A stretch of DNA of 56,528 nt, filler included, from Platydemus manokwari (Eukaryota), in the NCBI GenBank assembly GCA_037951405.1. It is 4 parts of 4 records of this genome, joined end to end, with 100 filler letters (N's around TTAATTAATTAA, not from the genome) between each part and the next. Parts side by side here need not be neighbours in the genome. Positions count along the whole stretch, not along the records: positions 45,658 to 56,528 come from JBBMOY011099219.1; 3 more parts are not named here. One strand, 5' to 3'. Below the pieces are notes generated by a model. The model was given only the letters and a program-made list of their open reading frames with translations, was not told the DNA's origin and did no database searches. Positions within the stretch are counted from its first letter, which is position 1. Each line of letters starts with the position of its first letter. This document shows, piece after piece, positions 52,440-56,528 of the stretch. Made by a program: the position numbers and the translations under genes.

Positions 52440-52615
52440 ACAAAGTCGTAACACAAACTTGGCTTTCAACTGACAATTTTTATATTCGTGATCTGTATGT
52501 ATTTTTGTGTCATTTTGTATCACATTTTGATTTGATATTTGTTTTTCTGTGTTCTTATCGGGTTTTAAAGCTTTTATATGACTGAGATTGGTCAATTCCT
52601 AGATGTGTGTTTTGT
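52440..52615 (-). repeat. Dispersed palindrome-repeat family, copy 4
   Basis: The minus strand reads taggaattgaccaatctcagtca..aatatcaaatcaaaatgtgatacaaaa..tgtcagttgaaagccaagtt. Confidence 0.65.
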
Positions 52616-53101
52616 AAAGCTGTACCCCTTGTTACAATTGTAATTCATCATCTAACTTCACTGTGATCGGATGATTGCTATGCCTGTAAGGCTGTGTAGG
52701 CATGTAAATGTTCAAAGTTCCAAAACAAGGGTTTCAAGATGCAATTTTGTTTTTTTGCTGAATTCCATCTCACTCAACAATAGGAACACCGAGTGTGATG
52801 TAGTCACCAATGGGATTTTAATTAATTAATTCAAAATTCAAAAGTTTATCTTTTGTTTAAAACAAATAATATTTTAAAATAATTGATTAATTTTTAAACC
52901 AATAATATTATTTAAAATCATTAAAAATAAATGCCATTTTCAAATCTATTAAAATGTTAATCGATTTTTCACAATATTAAGTTGTAAAATCAATAAATAT
53001 TTTAAATAATAATTTATTATTTTTAATTATTTGGGGATCATAAAATTAAAAATAACAATAATTTGTTTAAATTCTTCGAAAATTAATCGATATTATTATA
53101 A

Positions 53102-53844
53102 ATGAATTTGGTTAAAGTTATCGAAGATACAATGAGGGACTGTCTGGTAAAAGGCGGTAAATCTTATGAGGAGTGGAGACAAGTGAGATATTTTTTATAT
53201 TTTATTCATAATTTTCATATGATAAGGAATCTCGGGAAAGTGTTGAAGCATTTCTTGCATACATGGAAGTCCGAGTTAAAGAAGAGACTGGATTAAATCC
53301 GACTGAAATAGCACTTTATTTTTCTAATAACAGATACATAAGGCCCGATAAAGTCATTGAATATGACTCGCTCTTTTGGGCTTTAACAGGAAAACATGAG
53401 GGTACAATAAAGAGAATTATCGACGAAAAACTCTATCATAACAAAGCACACAGGTTTAGTTTTACACCTCTCCATGAAGCCGCTTCTCTTGGTTTGGACA
53501 ACATTGTTGAGTATTTATTGACGAAATCCATTTATGTTCATCGAAAAGATAATTGGGGTCTAACTCCTATTATGGTAGCCACCAAAAGAGATCATTATAA
53601 AATATTTAAAATTCTGTTGGACTCCAAAGCTTCAGTGTTGGATCCTGATTTGGATGGGAACACCATTCTACATTATGCAGCCGAAACCGGGGATAAAAGA
53701 TATATTTTCGATTTGATACAAAATGGAACTTGTAACCCGAAATTAAAAAATAAATATGGTGTGACAGCGCTGGATTTGGTTCGAAAGTCTTTCGATTTTG
53801 AAACGATTCAAGCTCTTGAACAATATGTCAGGGATCGAATGTAA
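53102..53844 (+). CDS. Ankyrin-repeat protein, 2 exons (53102-53182, 53227-53844), 232 aa
   Basis: A 44-nt GTGAGA..ATAAG intron joins the two ORF-track fragments in frame. Ankyrin motifs TPLHEAA, GLTPIMVA, GNTILHYAA and GVTALDL. Confidence 0.92.
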
Positions 53845-56402
53845 AAATTAAAATACTATTATATTTTTGTTTTAATTAATAAAATTCAAAGAACATCGAT
53901 TTTATTTATTTTCATATTATTATAAAATGTTTACCTTCTATTGATTATAATTTTCATTCGATTGGTACTCGTCTTTGTAGCTTGAGCTGTGGTGTGATTA
54001 CGCATCATTTGAACACAAAACTCAAACCCTGTGTACATATAGTGTGTTTCAGTAAAATATATTAATTCTTGATAACCGATTATTAACAACACTAACTCTA
54101 GCAGTAATCTGCTTTTATTTTCATCAGCTTTTATACCAATTGGATTCCGATCACTGCTTGAATATTCTAATTCAACTTGAGCCCAGTGAGATTGCACTCC
54201 ACTATGCGTGTCAGTAATGTTTCAGATAAGTTACCTTATTGCCAGGGTGTGAAGAGTAGGATTTTGTAGTTCAAATGAATCTGAGGCTTCTGTTTCCGAG
54301 AAGAGACTTGGATTACATAGAATCGGTTCTATTGGATTAAACTGATTGGTTTAGATGTTGATCTCTGAATTAACGTGAAACTCCACTGCCCAGATCCGGT
54401 TCATCACCTTCTATATTGTAAAGAGATCAAAAGATGAATGAATTTATATCCTACTTTTTGTATCGTATAAATCACGGAGAGCATAATGATTGTTTTGCAT
54501 GAACTTTTGATTCAATGCCTGCCCAATGTAATTTCTTCTCTCCGAATTGCACAAAAGTTGAAAGCATTGACTTATTTGTTTTCATAAGCCCCTGATCAAA
54601 TATGCAGATACATTAACAGACACATCCAGTTTGAAGTTGATGGAAAATCCGAGCATTGTGATGTATAATGTATGTTGGCCGCTGCTACTCTAGAATGCAC
54701 GCATTAAAAACGAACTGAAAAATCATGACACCAAATTATGTTTTAATTACCATTGCTTGAGCAAAATTAATACTTCATAAAAATCTAATTTCAACTCTTT
54801 ATAAATCCTCACATTAAACATTGAGAGATGTTTGATGAACCTCTGCGCACTACTTTCTGTAATACAAATAACTCGTAGTTCTTTGAGGATCCAAACCAAT
54901 CAATCCAACAATGATTGTGTTAATCAACACAACATAGCCAGATTCATATTTCTGACCTTGAGGGGGTAAAATGGGATAAATAGTTTTTGTCGATCTGGTC
55001 TATGAGACCGTCATTATCCAGCCTTTATTAAATATACATCTTTAATGTCTAACCTTAGAACCAACCTAAATTTTAAGGCAGCGTCATACTTGAGAAAGTA
55101 TAGAACTGTCTCATTAACACATATTAGGAGAATTTAAGAGATGAACTCATATCCGTGGTCAAGCGTCCTTAGGACTTATAATTAGAAATCGTTAAAATCT
55201 ATGTCATTGTAGCCACGCTTAATAGACTTTCAGTTGGATTATGGAATCCTGTTAATCGTATTAAACTTTCACAGTGAAAAAGCTTAATTTAATTTTCGTT
55301 GAGTTTGCAATTCAATGGGTTCCCTTGACAATGGAGCTGAAATAATTTTGAAAGTATCAAATGATGTTTCGAATAGAGTTGAACTCTTTTAAGTATGATA
55401 AAATGATAAATTTAAAAATAAATTCGACCAGTTTGCAGTGCAGTGAGAATGACTGGAAACGTCTTGTAATTTCTTGAATAAACTGGATTCGATGTCTGTT
55501 CATCCGGCGTGCTCATAATTTCTGCGTTGTTCTATTTACGGTTTGAATTCTGACTTCATCCTCTGATATGCATTTATGGTATGCTTTGATCTTTGTCTAT
55601 TGAATGGGATTTATTTTTCCAAGGCAGTAACTATTGGTTCCATTATCGTGCTTATAATTTAGTTTTCATGCTTTTATTATTTATAATCAATTTATTTTTT
55701 TTCAGTATTTTAGATGTTTCCGATGTCTTTGGTTCACCTTTAGGATTTATCGATTGTTTTTAACTGCAGTGTATTTTTTATTAAATTTTAATTATCTTGA
55801 AAACTTTGTTTAAATGTTTCAGTGCGTTGTAATATCCATGGTTCCTTTCCTTCTATTTTATTTATTTAATCAATACAAGACACAGTAGTTTTTACAAAAT
55901 TAAAAATGAAATTTGATGCTGATAAGAATTTGTGGTGGACTTCTGTACAGAGTCTCTCGGGGATCCACGTAAATTGTCATTAGATGTTTATCCGTCCTCG
56001 AACAAGAAATATTTCAATCTGAATCATCTCACTACTAAAAATCGAATTTTAACTCCGAAAATTCGAATCGGTATTTCATTTCGAACAATTGCAACACCGG
56101 CCGCTTTGTTCAATTGCCAAATAATCCAACCCCACATCAAATCAATCCGTATGACTTTAGATTTATTCAACTGAGCTAATTTATTTGATTGCCTTGATTT
56201 AACAGTGACTGAATATAATCAACTTGAATATATTGACTTAAAAGAAATTGTTAAAATAATATAATTGGTTGATTATTTGTTTGCTCCAATTAATTCACGT
56301 TTGTTTTATTGAATTGATAATTTTTATTGCTTCAATCTGTGTAATAATTGTGGTAATTTTTACTGCTACTAATCTGCGTTGTTTGAATTGACTTTAAATT
56401 GA

Positions 56403-56528
56403 CTTTTATCTGTGTTTGTTTTAATTACGTGATAATTTTAATTACCTTTTATCTGTGTTTGTTTTAATTATGTGATAAATTTAATTACCTTTTATCTGTG
56501 TTTGTTTTAATTATGTGATAATTTTAAT
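56403..56528. repeat. 43-bp tandem repeat, about 3 copies, running off the window end
   Basis: cttttatctgtgtttgttttaatta(c/t)gtgataa(t/a)tttaattac starts at 56403, 56446 and 56489. Confidence 0.95.

Noticed and set aside
53930-56170. Possible decayed DIRS/Ngaro-like or other RT element on the - strand (LDIKDVY at about 55045)
   Set aside because: A single weak motif amid many stops. It needs a frameshift-aware search before being called.

Overview
Very AT-rich eukaryotic genomic DNA with short GT-AG introns (about 43-85 nt) and many decayed transposons. The style suggests a planarian flatworm draft assembly (inference only). The window is four pieces joined by three identical artificial 100-bp spacers (N44-TTAATTAATTAA-N44), so gene order across 13.8, 28.5 and 45.6 kb is not guaranteed. 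Intact or near-intact genes: a 77-aa Cys-rich microprotein (-), an intronless SLC16/MCT-like MFS transporter (+), an intronless LRR-Ig type-I membrane protein (+), an intronless protein with a degenerate KH-like domain (+), a multi-exon PRC1/MAP65-ASE1 gene (-) and a 2-exon ankyrin-repeat gene (+). Partial genes: the first coding exon of a PMCA Ca2+-ATPase (-), the 5' exons of an unknown gene divergent from PRC1 (+), and the last exon of a cytospin/SPECC1-like CH-domain gene (+). Mobile DNA: two decayed RLE-type (R2/NeSL-like) non-LTR retrotransposons, two hAT elements with exact 8-bp TSDs, piggyBac-like relics, and a dispersed repeat with a conserved palindrome. I found no convincing new multi-gene system. 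The best leads are the Cys-rich microprotein, the KH-like orphan, the orphan PMCA exon with possible nested genes, and the all-phase-0 micro-exon structure of PRC1. All family calls come from motif recognition by eye, not database searches.
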